Shown here in pieces: positions 48,406 through 60,620 of a DNA stretch of 64,000 nt. This stretch comes from Gracilinanus agilis (lineage: Eukaryota): contig NC_058132.1 in the NCBI RefSeq assembly GCF_016433145.1, forward strand, positions 582,907,771 through 582,971,770. The letters are read 5' to 3'. The translations under genes were made by a program, and so were the position numbers. Under the pieces are notes generated by a model that had not been told where the DNA came from, made no database searches, and worked only from the letters and a program-made list of their open reading frames with translations. Within the stretch, counting starts at the first letter, position 1; every line of letters starts with the position of its first letter.

Positions 48406-49782
48406 GAATACTTACTGAATAAGACTCATAATTTGAACAATAAAAGATGATAAGATATAAACATTTAAAAGTTCATGAAATAAATGAGCAAGAAAACATA
48501 TTTTGATAACAAAGAGCAGATTCTGTTGAGAGAAATTGTAAAAAGGGGTCCATTTTTGTTAAAACAGTTTATAAAACAAGGATCAATATGAAAAAGGCTA
48601 AAATATGAATCTAGCCATATTAATAATGAATAAATTATCTTGAAATATGGAAAGACATGAAGTTCTTCAAAAAATGCGTCTATTATTTTGAATTCTACAA
48701 AGGCTGAAAAATTCCACATGCTTCTCAGAAGTTTCATTGATGAATTAATTATATATATCTCCTGCTGCCTATTTTATTTTATGGCAAGAATAAAGAGTTG
48801 GGAAATGATGGGAAACTATTTTGCATTGTTCCTTTCCTAGCAAGTCAAACAAACTGGCAGAGATATAGACAGACTTGACTTTCATCTCTTGAGCCAGCTC
48901 CTTCCCATTACTAGTAACTGTATCTGCACACATGAGAAACAAAACATTTTCACTAAAATATTGGAAAGAAAAGTAAAAAATTAATTCAGATGTTTGGGCT
49001 ACCTGAGGGCTACAATCAGCATCTTTGGAGGGGGGAAAGGAGCAAATGTAAAAGTAAGGAGACAGTGACATGCGAACAAACGCTTCCTTCTAATATAATC
49101 TGAGTATCTCTGTGTGAACACATTGTTCTTAAATACCTAGACTCAGGATGGGAGTAGGTAACCAATTTTCTCACCTTTAAAGTGAGAGAGTTGGGCTAGG
49201 TTACCTCTTAGTTTCCTTTTGACACTCACTTTTTATGACCTATCAGGTCCAACCTAATTTAAAGGGTTTCAAGATGAATTTCAAAAAAGAGAAAGAAAAA
49301 TGCTAAGATAACCTGAAAAGGCTAGAGAAACTTAGGGATGGTGCAGAAAGGAGGACTTCATAAGAAGTTTGTCAATGATTCTCAGGAAAAATAAACAAAT
49401 AAAATAAACATCAATGAGTGCCCAACATACTTTTCTCTACAATGAATTGTTTTTTAGAGAGCCATAGGTCTCATATCATGGCATGGCTACAGGTAGGCAA
49501 AACTTATGAGCTTCTTCTGATATATCACATAGAAGTTTACAAAAATGGATACTTGTTATTATCACTTTTTAATAAACACCCTATTTTTAAAAGTAGAAAG
49601 TTCAGTTTTCCATGGAAAAGTTATATTTATTTTTATAATAAATCCTAGACATTACAATGAGGCAATATATAGTCAAAATATAAGTGAAATATAGGACAAA
49701 ACACTTTTTCAAATTTTTGTTTTTCCACTCCCCCCCCCAAAGTGCTTTATATCATACACTGTATATTTCTTATAGTCTATTG

Positions 49783-50075
49783 CAGTGATGATGAACCTTT
49801 TTGAGAGGGAGTACTGGGCCCCACCCCTCCACCTCACCTTGGCCCCCTCCCCCACTCCAGACAAGGGAGGGAAGAAATGCTCCTATTGGGTCTCTGGGCA
49901 GAGGGGAGGGAGAAGTGAGGAATTTCTTCAGGTGCATGGAGAGGGGAAGGGGAACAACTCCACCCTGAGTCCCTCCAGCTTTCTAGTGAGGAACTCTGGT
50001 GGGCAACTGCAGGCATTCCCAGAGAGGACTCTGTGTGCCCTTTCAGGCATGTGTGCCATAGGTTCGCCACCAACA
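49783..50075. mobile_element. Non-autonomous hAT element (same family as 3490-3846, opposite orientation)
   Basis: Starts cagtgatgatgaacct and ends gccataggttcgccaccaaca. Flanks gtctattg / gtttatta match at 6 of 8 positions. Confidence 0.8.
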
Positions 50076-50439
50076 GTTTATTACTTCTGTGTTATTATCC
50101 TCCTCAGGGGGAACTATGTTATTTTTGTGAATTTTTCTTTGAATTTGAACCCAATTTAGAACAAGAGACTACCTCCCAGAATCCAGAAGCTGAGGTTTTG
50201 GAGAAGGTGCCACGAAGATGCCTGCAGAGACTGCATGCTGTCCTAAAAGACCCAGAGTGGACTTTGAGTTATGGTAAATTTGAATTATGGGGCTTTAAAT
50301 GCATTTACTTTGGAAGGATGTGAGTAAATATAGTTCAGGTGTTTTCTATTTTTATACTTCCAAGCTCCATGTATTTTTAATAACAAAATATTAGCTTTAT
50401 CAGAGGCATAATTAGCATAATAATTTCTATAATACTCAG

Positions 50440-50645
50440 AGAATAAGTTTTACAGCCCAGGAAGTATATTGGCTTTCAATACATATTAGGCTTGAATTTC
50501 AACTTCAATAATTACTTGTGTGAACATACTCTGTGACCAATTAGGGGCTTTGAACTTCTATCACCTCATCAATATAATGAGAGTAAAAGAACTGCACCTC
50601 TTTCCTTCGAGGGAATTCTGAGGAAAGTGTGTTGTAAATCTTAAA
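50440..50645 (+). mobile_element. MIR-like SINE
   Basis: aggcttgaatttcaacttc...ctgtgaccaatt...cacctcatcaatataatgaga...gtgtgttgtaaatcttaaa. Confidence 0.45.
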
Positions 50646-51748
50646 TATATATGATGAGTAGCATCCAGGGCCCTTTTCAGATGTTGGTACCAACCATGAA
50701 TGTTGCCTCAAGATTAAGATATTTGGGGGACCAACATGTATGCAAAAGATATAGCTCCATATTGCTTACTTATATTTGTTAAAAATAAGTACTGATGTGT
50801 TTTACTTTTATGGAGCTTTAATACATATTAATTAAAAACAAAAAGCATTTAATAAATCAGGTTAGTAGTCTAAGCTTATCACCTACCATACCCAGCCAAG
50901 TTTATATAAAATTGGGCAGAATCTCTACGCAAACTTAATCTATCTTTTTAATCACATCTTTATTGTTTTTGTTTGTAATTTAAAGTACTAGATAAAATTC
51001 AGCAACATGATTTGTGGTAGAAAATTTATTTTAATTCTGTTAAATCTCTGATTGCTGAACTGGATTTGTGGTACTAGGGCAATGAGACTCTTGTTATCTC
51101 ATAACATCATACTTCTGATTACTATGCAAATAAAACTAGGAGCAAGAAAATAAGGGCTAGATGAAGCCTGTGGGGCAATGTTTTTATCTTTGTTGTTTAT
51201 TCTTTAATTTATTATGCATGCTTCCCACCAATAAAAATGATTGGTGATTGTGCAGTGCTCTGATCAAAGTGAAAGCACTAGTTCTTAAACAATTGTGAAC
51301 CATTATTATACTGGAATCTTTCTATGGAAAAGTAGTTGGAGAAAACACACACATACACACACATACACACACCTATTTTACGTTCAAAAAGTTTAGTCAA
51401 AGCTCAGATCATTAGCCAAATACTTAATAAAAAGAAATTTTTCTGTAACTTTTTAAAAAGAAAAGTCAACTTTATAAATACTTATCATTTATATAGAAAA
51501 TGTGTTGGTAATTATGAGCTTCATTTTAAAGGGCAAAGCAATCCATAATATGTGGAATACAGAGAATTCTCGAACTTAGCAAAACCATTAAAATAATTTT
51601 CTCCAAAACTGGAGAAAAACTTTAAAAAATAGTCATGCCTATTAATGTTTATACAAGATGTAAGTACAGCAAAATAAGCATGGTCACAGTCCAACATGAA
51701 TGCGAGCCTTCAAGAAAGCAGATTTGTACCAAATCAAAAAACTGAAAT

Positions 51749-53820
51749 GAGGTTTCTGGGTTAAGATGGAGACAGAGTGGAAGCAGCATGATATGATGGT
51801 ATACTTAAAAATCCTAGAGAATCAACTAAGAAGCTTGTAGAAATAATCAACAACTTTAGCAAAGTTGCAGGATACCAAATAAATGCACATAAAACATCAG
51901 AATTTTTTATAACTCCAACACATCATAGCAGCAAGAGGTAGAAAGAGAAACCCCATTTAAAATCACCCTAGATAATATAAAATACTTAGGAATCTATCTA
52001 CCAAAACAAACACAGGAATTATACGAACACAATTACAAAACATTTTCCAAACAATTAAAACTAAGTCTAAAGAATTGGAAAAACATTGATTGCTCATGGG
52101 TAGGACAAGCAAACATAATAAAAATGACCATTCTACCCAAATTAATTTACCTATTTAGTGCCATACTTATCAAACTACCAAAAACTTTTTTACTGAATTA
52201 GGAAAAATTATAACAAATTTCATTTGGAAGAACAAAAGATCAAGAATATCAAGGGAAATAATGAAAAAAAATGTGAAGGAAGGGGGCATAGCAGTACCAG
52301 ATATTAAACTATACTATAAAGCAGCAGTCATCAAAACAATATAGTACTGGCTAAGAGACAGAAGGGAGGATCAGTGGAATAGACTTGGGGTAAGTGACAT
52401 CAGCAAGACAGTATATGATGAACCCAAAGAGCCCAGTTTTTGGGACATGAATCCACTATTTGACAAAAACTGCTAGGAAATTTGGAAAACAATATGGGAG
52501 AGATTAGGTTTAGATCAACATCTCACACCCTACACCAAGATAAATTCAGAATGGGTGAATGACTTGAATATAAAGAGGGAAACTATAAATAAGGTAAGTG
52601 AACTCAGAATAGTATACTTGTCAGAACTCTGGGAAAGGAAAGATTTTAGAACGAAGCAGGAGTTAGAGAAAATTACAAAATGTAAAATAAATAATTTTGT
52701 TCATATTAAATTAAAAATTTTTTGTCCAAACAAAAACAATGCAACCAAAATCAAAAGGGAAAAAACTAATTGGGAAAAAATCTTTATAACAAAAAATTCT
52801 GACAGAGGTCTAACTACTCAAATATAGAAGGAGCTAAATCAATTATATAAAAAAATCAACCCATTCCCCAATTGATAAATGGACAAGGGACTTGAATAGG
52901 CAATTTTCAGATAAAGAAATCAAAATTATCAATAAGCACATGAGAAAGTGTTGTAAATCTCTAATAATTATTAATTAATGCAAATTAGAGAAATGCAAAT
53001 CAAAACAACTCAGGTATCACCTCACACCTAGCAGGTTGGTTAAAATTATAACAGGGGAGAGTAATGTTGGAGGGGATGTGGCAAAATTGGGACATTAATG
53101 AATTGCTGGTGGAGTTGTGAACTGATACAACCATTCTGGATGGCAATTTGGAACTCTGCCCAAAGAGCTCTAAAAGACTGCCTGCCCTTTGATCCAGCTG
53201 TTGCATTGCTGTGTTTGTACCCCAAAGAGATCATAGATAAACAGACTTATACAAAAATATTTATAGTCATGCTCTTTGTGGTTGCAAAAAACTGGAAAGT
53301 GAAGGGATGCCCTTCAATTGGGGAATGGCTGAACAAATTTTGGTATATGCTGGTGATGGAATACTATTGTGCTCAAAGGAATAATAAACTGGAGGAATTC
53401 CATGTGAATTGGAAAGACTTCCAGGAATTGATGCAGAGTGAAAGGAGCAGAGCCAGAAGAACTTTGTACACAGAGACTGATACACTGTGGTAAAATCGAA
53501 TGTAAAGGACTTCTGTACTAGCAGCAATGCAATGACCCAGGACAATTCTGAGGGATTTATGGAAAAGAACACTACCCACATTCAGAGGAAGAACTACAGG
53601 AGAGGAAACATAGAAGAAAAATAACTGCTTGAACACATGGGTGGATGCAGACATGACTGGGTTTGTAGACCTGAAAGGACCACACCAATATAACTATCAA
53701 TAATATGTAAATATGTCTTGACTGACCACACATGTTAAAACCAGTGGAGATGCGCATTGGATATGGGGGGGGGGTAAAGGGGAAAGTAAAAACATGAATC
53801 ATGTCAAAAAATAAATAAAA
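51749..53820 (+). mobile_element. L1 with about 40 bp of 5' terminus joined directly to ORF2 (RT 'DDM' motif through 3' UTR and A-rich tail)
   Basis: gaggtttctgggttaagatggagacagagtggaagcagc then atgatatgatggtatac (DDMMVYL.NPRESTKKLVEIINNFSKVAGY). ORF2 C-terminal ORF at 53098-53493. A-rich end at 53806-53821. Confidence 0.92.
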
Positions 53821-53968
53821 ATTACTGAGAAATTACATGATACCAAGAGACCCTGAATGAGGAGTTAGCTCAAGATAGCTAGTTTGGTTCTGGTAAAATG
53901 GAACAACTTTAAAACTAACATACCTGTGCATTTTCTCAAGAAAAAATAAACATTTTATGTTTTCTCAC

Positions 53969-54645
53969 TGTAGGAATATGTTAGGGACAGACTGATTTCT
54001 AGGATTAGTTAAAGGAAGGGAATTTTGAGATGAGCCCTCAGAAAGGATTCTTGGAAGGTAAAGGAAATGTGGGAGTTTGAATAAAATAATTGAACTTATT
54101 TGCTTCTTTGATTTCCACCAAGCTGAAGGAGTGGTTTTGCTCTGAGAGATTTTTCTTGAATAGTCAAGATTTTGTGGAGAAATCTTAACTTCTAGGTAGA
54201 GAATTTATTTGGAGGAAACCATTTTCCCTGAATCCAAATATCAGCTGTCAGTGGTCATCTGCCAGAAATCCTCTTGGGTTAAGGTAATCCAGAGATTTTT
54301 CATAAGGTAATCAAAGACTTTGGGTTACTTAGTGCAGCCAAACCAAGGCTTTTTCCCTTTCTTTTGTTAATCACTAGTGGGAAGATTAGGATAGAGTCAT
54401 ATAGTGTTGGGAGAATTTCTTAGGTAGAATAGGGAGCTGTTAAGCAGGGCCTATATAAGGAACAGAAGGCTCTCCTTTCTCAGGACACTTAGAAGTTGGG
54501 TGGAAGTTAGTTTGAAGAGTGCTAGGGTGCTACCTACCAGTTTCCCTTATTCCCTTTAGGAACTTTGTTAGAAAACTTTATTTTCCATAAGCCAAGGTTT
54601 TGTGCTTCACATTAGGAGTTCCTAGGCAGGTTATAACATTTAACA
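53969..54645. mobile_element. Solo LTR (about 677 bp)
   Basis: TG at 53969 to taaca at 54645, with a degenerate 4-bp TSD tcac/tccc. cctatataagg TATA-like motif near 54450. Boundaries less certain than for 8465-9160. Confidence 0.65.
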
Positions 54646-55023
54646 TCCCTCTAGGACAGTTCCCCATTACACTTGGCTGAGCCAGCTAGGCTAGAATCAC
54701 AGGATTTTTTAATTTTGGGGGGCAACTGTCATCCACAGCCTCTTAGAATTCTGTGAGCTGCTTTGCCAGAGCTCAGTCAGAGCAGTAGAATCTTGATGTA
54801 GCTGGCACAGGGGCTGCCACTAGAATGTTCCCAAAGCAACTTTCCACTGCAGAGCTGAGCTGAGGGGTATACTAGAAGATACAATTTGCCAGTTTTTTCT
54901 CTCAGCTTCATTCTAACAACTACTATTTGTTCTAAGTAGACTAGACAGTGGGAGCAAACAGTGGTTTGTCTTTTACCTGCTCTGCAATACTAGAATAACA
55001 GCTGATATCTAAAATATTTGTTA

Positions 55024-55222
55024 GGGGCAGCTGGGTACCTCAGTGGATTGAGAGCCAGGCCTAGAAACCAGAGGTCCTAGGTTCAAATCTGGCCTCAGAT
55101 ACTTCCTGGCTGTGTGACCCTGGGCAAGTCACTTGACCCCCATTGCCTACCCTTACGACTCTTCTGCCTTGGAGCCAATACACAGTATTGACTCCAAGAT
55201 GGAAGGTAAGGGTTTAAAAAAA
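55024..55222 (+). mobile_element. SINE1_Mdo-type SINE, full length
   Basis: ggggcagctgggtacctcagtggattgagagcc...aagatggaaggtaagggtttaaaaaaa. Degenerate TSD aaatatttgtta / aaataattatta. Confidence 0.92.
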
Positions 55223-55399
55223 TTTAAATAATTATTATATTAAAATTCAAAAATACAAGTTCCCCCGCTACATTACCAATGACAGGTCAAAACTGAGCCA
55301 TAAAGAAGAATAGTATATACCATGCTGATCTTTATTGACTAGAAAAGAGAAGTGAAGATTAAAAAAAAACAAAAAAACAAAAAACAACTTTGTATCTTG

Positions 55400-56480
55400 T
55401 ATTTCTACTTTTCTTAAATTTTACTTTACTTTCTCCTTTATCTTCATCTGCACTCTCTTCCTGGCCTCCCTTATAAAAAAGAGATTTAAAAGGAAAGATG
55501 AATAAGGAAAAAAATCAGCAAAAGTGATGAATACATTGAAAAAATATGCCATATGCAATGTTTCACTCAGATGGACTCCCCACTACTATAAACAGATGAG
55601 CAGAGGTACCTTTCCAAACGTTTTCTTTGGGACTAAGCTTGTTCATTATATTTTTTCAATATATCTTTTGTCTTGTATTGTGGTTGTTTTTTTTCCATTT
55701 ATATCAATGACTTCATCATGTATATTGTTTCTTCACTCCTGCTTACTTCAGCTGGTATCATTTCATATAAATCTGTCCATGCTTCTTTACTTTTAGCCTA
55801 TTTGACATATCTTACAGAATGGTAATATTCTATTACGTTAACATAAAAATTTTTAGTTATTCCCCAATTAATAATAAATAATAATTCAGTCTTCAATTCT
55901 TTTCTACAGCAGAAAGTACAGTTATAAATATGTTCGTCAATATGGAACCATTCTTTTTATCAGTGCCAATCATAAGCCTAGTAGTGCAATATCTGGGTCA
56001 GAGGGTATGGACCTTTTAGACACTTTATTTAATGAAGAATTATCAATCCAAATTGCTTTCCAGAATGATCATACTAATTGGTCTACCATCAATGCATTAG
56101 TGTGTTTACCTAGCCACATTGACTATTCTCATCTTTTGTTATTTTTCCCATTCGTTCTATGTGAGGAGAAACCTTAGAGTTACATTAATTTGTAGTTCTC
56201 TTATTACTTCTTTGGAGCAATTTTCATGTGTATTTTAATGGTTTTCTGTTCTTCACTCGAGAACTGTTAATATAATTTAATATTTCTGTTATAAGGATGG
56301 CTTTTTGGTCTTATACGTCTCTCTCAATTATCTATGTGTCATAGATACCAAACCCTTATTTGTGCAATTTCTTTCTACTTATCTATGAACATTTAACTTT
56401 CTATTCTAAACTTCAATACATTCATTATGCCTTTGAAAAAGCTTTCAGATGTTATTCAATCTAAAGCATCTATTTTTGTC
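55400..56480 (-). mobile_element. Old L1 3' fragment
   Basis: Antisense L1 3' UTR and ORF2-end motifs (tttagttattccccaatt, tccaaattgctttccagaatg, caatgcattagtgtgt). Confidence 0.75.
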
Positions 56481-56682
56481 TTCACTTAAGTATCCTTCAC
56501 CTTTCTGGTTTGGTGCCCCATGCTTATAATCCTTGTTAATGCAAGAAGGAAGTTGGTTAATTCCTTGAATTTGGGGAAGAGGAAGAAAACCCAGCTGCTT
56601 GAAAGAGAGGAGAATCAGTCCATGTTGGAAATAAGAAAATCAAAACTGTACAGAATTGTCTCAGTTTGGTTGAGGTATCAAG

Positions 56683-57060
56683 TAATCAACCAATAAATAT
56701 TACTAAGTCACTACTATGTGCCAGACACTTGACCAATACTAGTGGATACAAAAAGAGAGAGAAAACAGTGTCTGTGCTCAAAAACTAACAACTGGGTGGG
56801 AGGATACAATATGAAGGAATATATAAACAAAACAAACCATATAGAAGACAGATTGGAAACAATTAAGAGAGAGAAAATACAGGAGTTAGTAAGTGTTGAA
56901 AAATCTTATTGTAAAAGATGGGATTTTAATTGGGACTTAAGGGAAGCCAGAGAAATCAGTAACTAGAGTTGAAGAGGGAGAATTTTCCAGACATAGGGGA
57001 TAGGCAGAAAGTATGCCCATGGTCAATAGTTAGGAGGCCAGCATCACTAGATCCAAGACT
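56683..57060 (-). mobile_element. L2 3' end
   Basis: aatcaaccaataaatattactaagtcactactatgtgccagacact...ggatacaaaaagagagag...tctgtgctcaa. Confidence 0.8.
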
Positions 57061-58019
57061 CAAGAGAAACAGCCTCAAAACAAACAAACAAAAACTTTAC
57101 TCTTGCTCTGAAATTACTTATTGCTCTGAAAGGCATATGATCTACTTTTGTCTCTTTTAAAAGTGTACTCTTTAATATTCATGTGCCCATATACATTTTG
57201 AAATTATTTTAGAAATGGATTTAAGTTATTGTTTTAAACTTCATCACATAAAAGTTCTTTAAAGGGTCATCAACTTTTCTTAGGAAAAAATGGGGTAGAA
57301 ATGGTTTTACTACAAGTTTGAACCAGAGAAATATTTAATTTAAGATAAATAGATTCCAATATTTCAGTTAACTCTTTTAATGGCAACAATGGCCAAGTCA
57401 TCATTATCTGAATGAAATAAATCTGTAGAATTTATTTAGTAATACAAGTTGAAAAACACATGGCTACATTTTGATATATTTTAAGTGGAATAAATTTTAT
57501 TCTAATATTCTAAAACATTGTCAGAATTTATGAAATTTATCAGTTTCTTAGTATGATTTTATTGGAAATAATTTTGTAATGTCTGTTGATTATCTTTGGA
57601 TACTCTCTAGCTTATTACTATTCTTTAATTATTTTTTATACTTCTTATGTCCCACCTTCAGAATTTTCTTCAACATGACAATCTGTAACTTATCCATGAC
57701 TTAATAGACACTTTTCATGAGTTTTTATGGTTAAAAAGTAGAGGATTAAATCATCACTTGGTGTCCATCCTTTTGATACTTATTTTTATGAGCAAAAATA
57801 AACCGGTCCTTTGAAAACAGTGTATTTTATCCACCCATATTTTAATATCTGGTAAAACTTGCACAATTTGGCTTTGTCAAAATGAAAGATCTTTTCAGGA
57901 ATTTACTGAGAACATCTAACAAGTTGTTTTGTCAGCAATTTTATCATCAGAGTAAGGTAGAATAACCTATCTCAACTTAATTTTAGCCAATAAGAAAGAC
58001 TTGCTTAGTGAATAAGAAG

Positions 58020-58520
58020 TTAGAGTAACCTTGGGAGAAAATGATGAGGTAATTTTAGAGTTCATCGTAAATAGTTGGTGAAGAGAACTCTGGTCATAGT
58101 CAGACATTTATGCTTGCCTTTAAAAAATCACATTTGCCCAAAATGAAAAATAAAAAAATAACAGCATATCAAGAGATTCTGAATGTAAATTTATCTCAAG
58201 ATGTGTAGGTTAATCAAGAGAAAAAGGGATAATATGATTTTTGAATGATCTCCAAAAAGAGAATTAAAAGAAGATGATTATCTGAAGAAAACTTACAGGC
58301 CTGCAAGTAGAAATCTACAAATGAACTATTTTTTAATGTGTCCAAGATGAAAGAGAAACACATAACCAAGAACAAATTGAGAATGCTGTCAGAGATCTAT
58401 AAGAATAGTTTTAGCAAGCCTAAAGATCATAGAAAGCTGAGATTTGAGGGACATATTGAGGATAATAAAGAGAATTTTAATTAGGTTTGGAACCAAAAGA
58501 AGGGAAAAAAGCATTATAGT
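58020..58520 (+). mobile_element. CR1/L3 ORF2 fragment
   Basis: accttgggagaaaatgatgaggtaattttagagttc (TLG..D...LEF) and gaggataataaagagaattttaattagg (DNK..F) resemble CR1 motifs after the endonuclease domain. Confidence 0.55.
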
Positions 58521-58924
58521 AAGCTATCATTTGCCTACTAAAATATTCTTCCATTTTCTAACTTCATATCTGAGTAAGGCTAGATTTTCTTCATATAATC
58601 CAGCCAAAGCAACAAATCACAAAAGACTGAATGCATACGTTGGTATAAGCCTTCTATTAAGCCAGCTATTAAAGAGATATACAAAAATGCACACAATGTC
58701 ATTTTTCCTACCAAATATATTTTATAAAAACAATTATTTTAGAAATTATAACATATTTGTTATCTTGTAATGACTTAATCATTATTTTAAAATATACAAA
58801 TATATATATTATATATATACATACATTTATATAAATAGATAAGACACTGGATATGACAAAGCACTTTGGAGCTCTCAATAATTTTTAATACTGTTTCAGG
58901 GTGGGGTGGGGAAGGCTAGTTGTT

Positions 58925-59095
58925 TCAATATATGGAGAGTCAGATCTAAAAATAGGAAGCCCTGAGTTCAAAATTGGCTTCAAAAACTTATAACTCTCTT
59001 CTTTCCTTCCTTTTTTTCTTTTTGTGCCTTGGAATTGATAGTTTTTTTTTAATCAAATATAAGACAAAAGGTAAAGGTTTAAAAATGTTTAAAAT
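58925..59095 (+). mobile_element. Degraded SINE1_Mdo/Mar-type SINE
   Basis: ggaagccctgagttcaaaattggcttca ... ttgtgccttggaattgata ... aagacaaaaggtaaaggtttaaaaa tail. Confidence 0.55.
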
Positions 59096-59249
59096 GATCC
59101 TGAGACCAAAAAAAGGAGAAAAATAGAAAACTTCTCTAATATATTGTCCTAAAATTTCATGTAAAAAATGGCTAATAAGGATTAAGTCACTTGCCCATAG
59201 TCACACAAATATCGAATATCAGAAGCAATTTTCAAATTCATTTGTCTCA

Positions 59250-59425
59250 CAATATGATGAACATGGAAATATGTAATATGATAACATAAATAGAAAGTAT
59301 ATCATATTACCTACCTTCTTGGGGAGAGGGAAGGGTAGGAATTAGGAAGAGAACAAAGAATGGGAAATGTTAGGAAATAATAATTAAAAATTGTATCATC
59401 ATGTAATCTAGAAAAAAAAATAAAA
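59250..59425 (+). mobile_element. Short L1 3' tail inserted in a MIR-like element
   Basis: aacatggaaatatg...ggggagagggaaggg...catgtaatctagaaaaaaaaataaaa. MIR-like text on both sides. Confidence 0.6.
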
Positions 59426-60089
59426 CCGACATTCAGGTTTTATGACTTCTAATCCCATTCTCTCCAAGGAGGACTTTAAGCTATCCTTCCATTTAATCAC
59501 ATCTTTTTTTATGTTTTTGTGTTTTGCTTATGGGGAGAAAATAAAAAATGCTACAGTTTCCTTCAGTGTCATACTATCTATGTGTGTTCATTGGTAATTT
59601 GATGAGGATTTCATATTTAGAGTACCAAAATTTAAGTAGATTTTTACTAATGGATATTAAAAAGTGTATTATTTTTAGTACTTTCAGTCTCCTTTTCTGC
59701 TTCTCAATTCCATACTTATTTGTAGAACTTTACATATTTGGTGAATCATCTTTTGACCTATATAAAACAGAAGGGAATATCACAGAAATGGAGGGATGTT
59801 TTGTTTTGTTTTGTTTTGCTTTTTGCTTATATTTTTATATGTTGCTGTGATCAAGTCATTTATCACATAAAGTTCAACCTACTGGTGATGAGCTTCTTTG
59901 TTTGTAGGAAGGCTGGTCTTGGAAAAACACATATTATCTATTCCCAGGAACAAAATGATTTCCAGCCATGGAGAACTTGATACTGGATATTCCATTGATG
60001 AAACATTTGAAATCTGCAGATCACTTCTTAACCACAAAAAGGCAATACAGTGGAAAAAACATGGCTAAATGAAATGAAAGGGATGAAGA

Positions 60090-60620
60090 GTCAGTAAAAA
60101 TTTATTAAGCACTGGTCTTCATGCTAAGAGCTGGGGATGCAAAGAAAATGTTGAAATTGTTCTTGTCTTCACGAAATTTTCAACATAATAGGAAAGACAA
60201 GATGTAACTAAATTGGTGACCACAGAGTGAAAGCCTTCTGTAAAGGTATTGTTTAATGTGAGTCTTCAAGGAAATCAGTGATGGTAGGGAGGAAGATCAT
60301 TCTAAGCTTGGGGATAGCTAGTGCAAAGCCTTGAAGATAAAATTGGAAAATCAGGTTCAAATGCCTTATAGGAAGACTATCAAGTAGATCAGTGTAGCTG
60401 AATGATAGAGTGTAGGAAACAGAGTAATTTGAAATTAGCCTGGATAGATAAGAAGCCAGATTGTCCAGGGATTTAAATGACAGAGGAGTTTATATCAAAT
60501 TAGTGATGATAAAAAAAATCAGCAGAGTTTATTGTAGGGATGTGGGTTGCTCAATTATATGTGTTTTAGGAAAATTTCTTTGGCAACTAAAAATGTATAA
60601 GGACAAAATGAGAGCCATTC
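60090..60620 (-). mobile_element. L2 3' fragment
   Basis: agtcagtaaaaatttattaagcact...gctaagagctggggatgcaaag. Confidence 0.65.

Noticed and set aside
48465-49071. Two adjacent minus-strand ORFs (90 and 100 aa), considered as transposase or host exons
   Set aside because: F/L/I/S-rich composition typical of AT-rich non-coding DNA, with no catalytic motifs recognised.
52555-53493. 90-aa and 131-aa ORFs with clear protein-like sequence
   Set aside because: These are L1 ORF2 remnants separated by stops and frameshifts, not a host gene or an intact ORF2.
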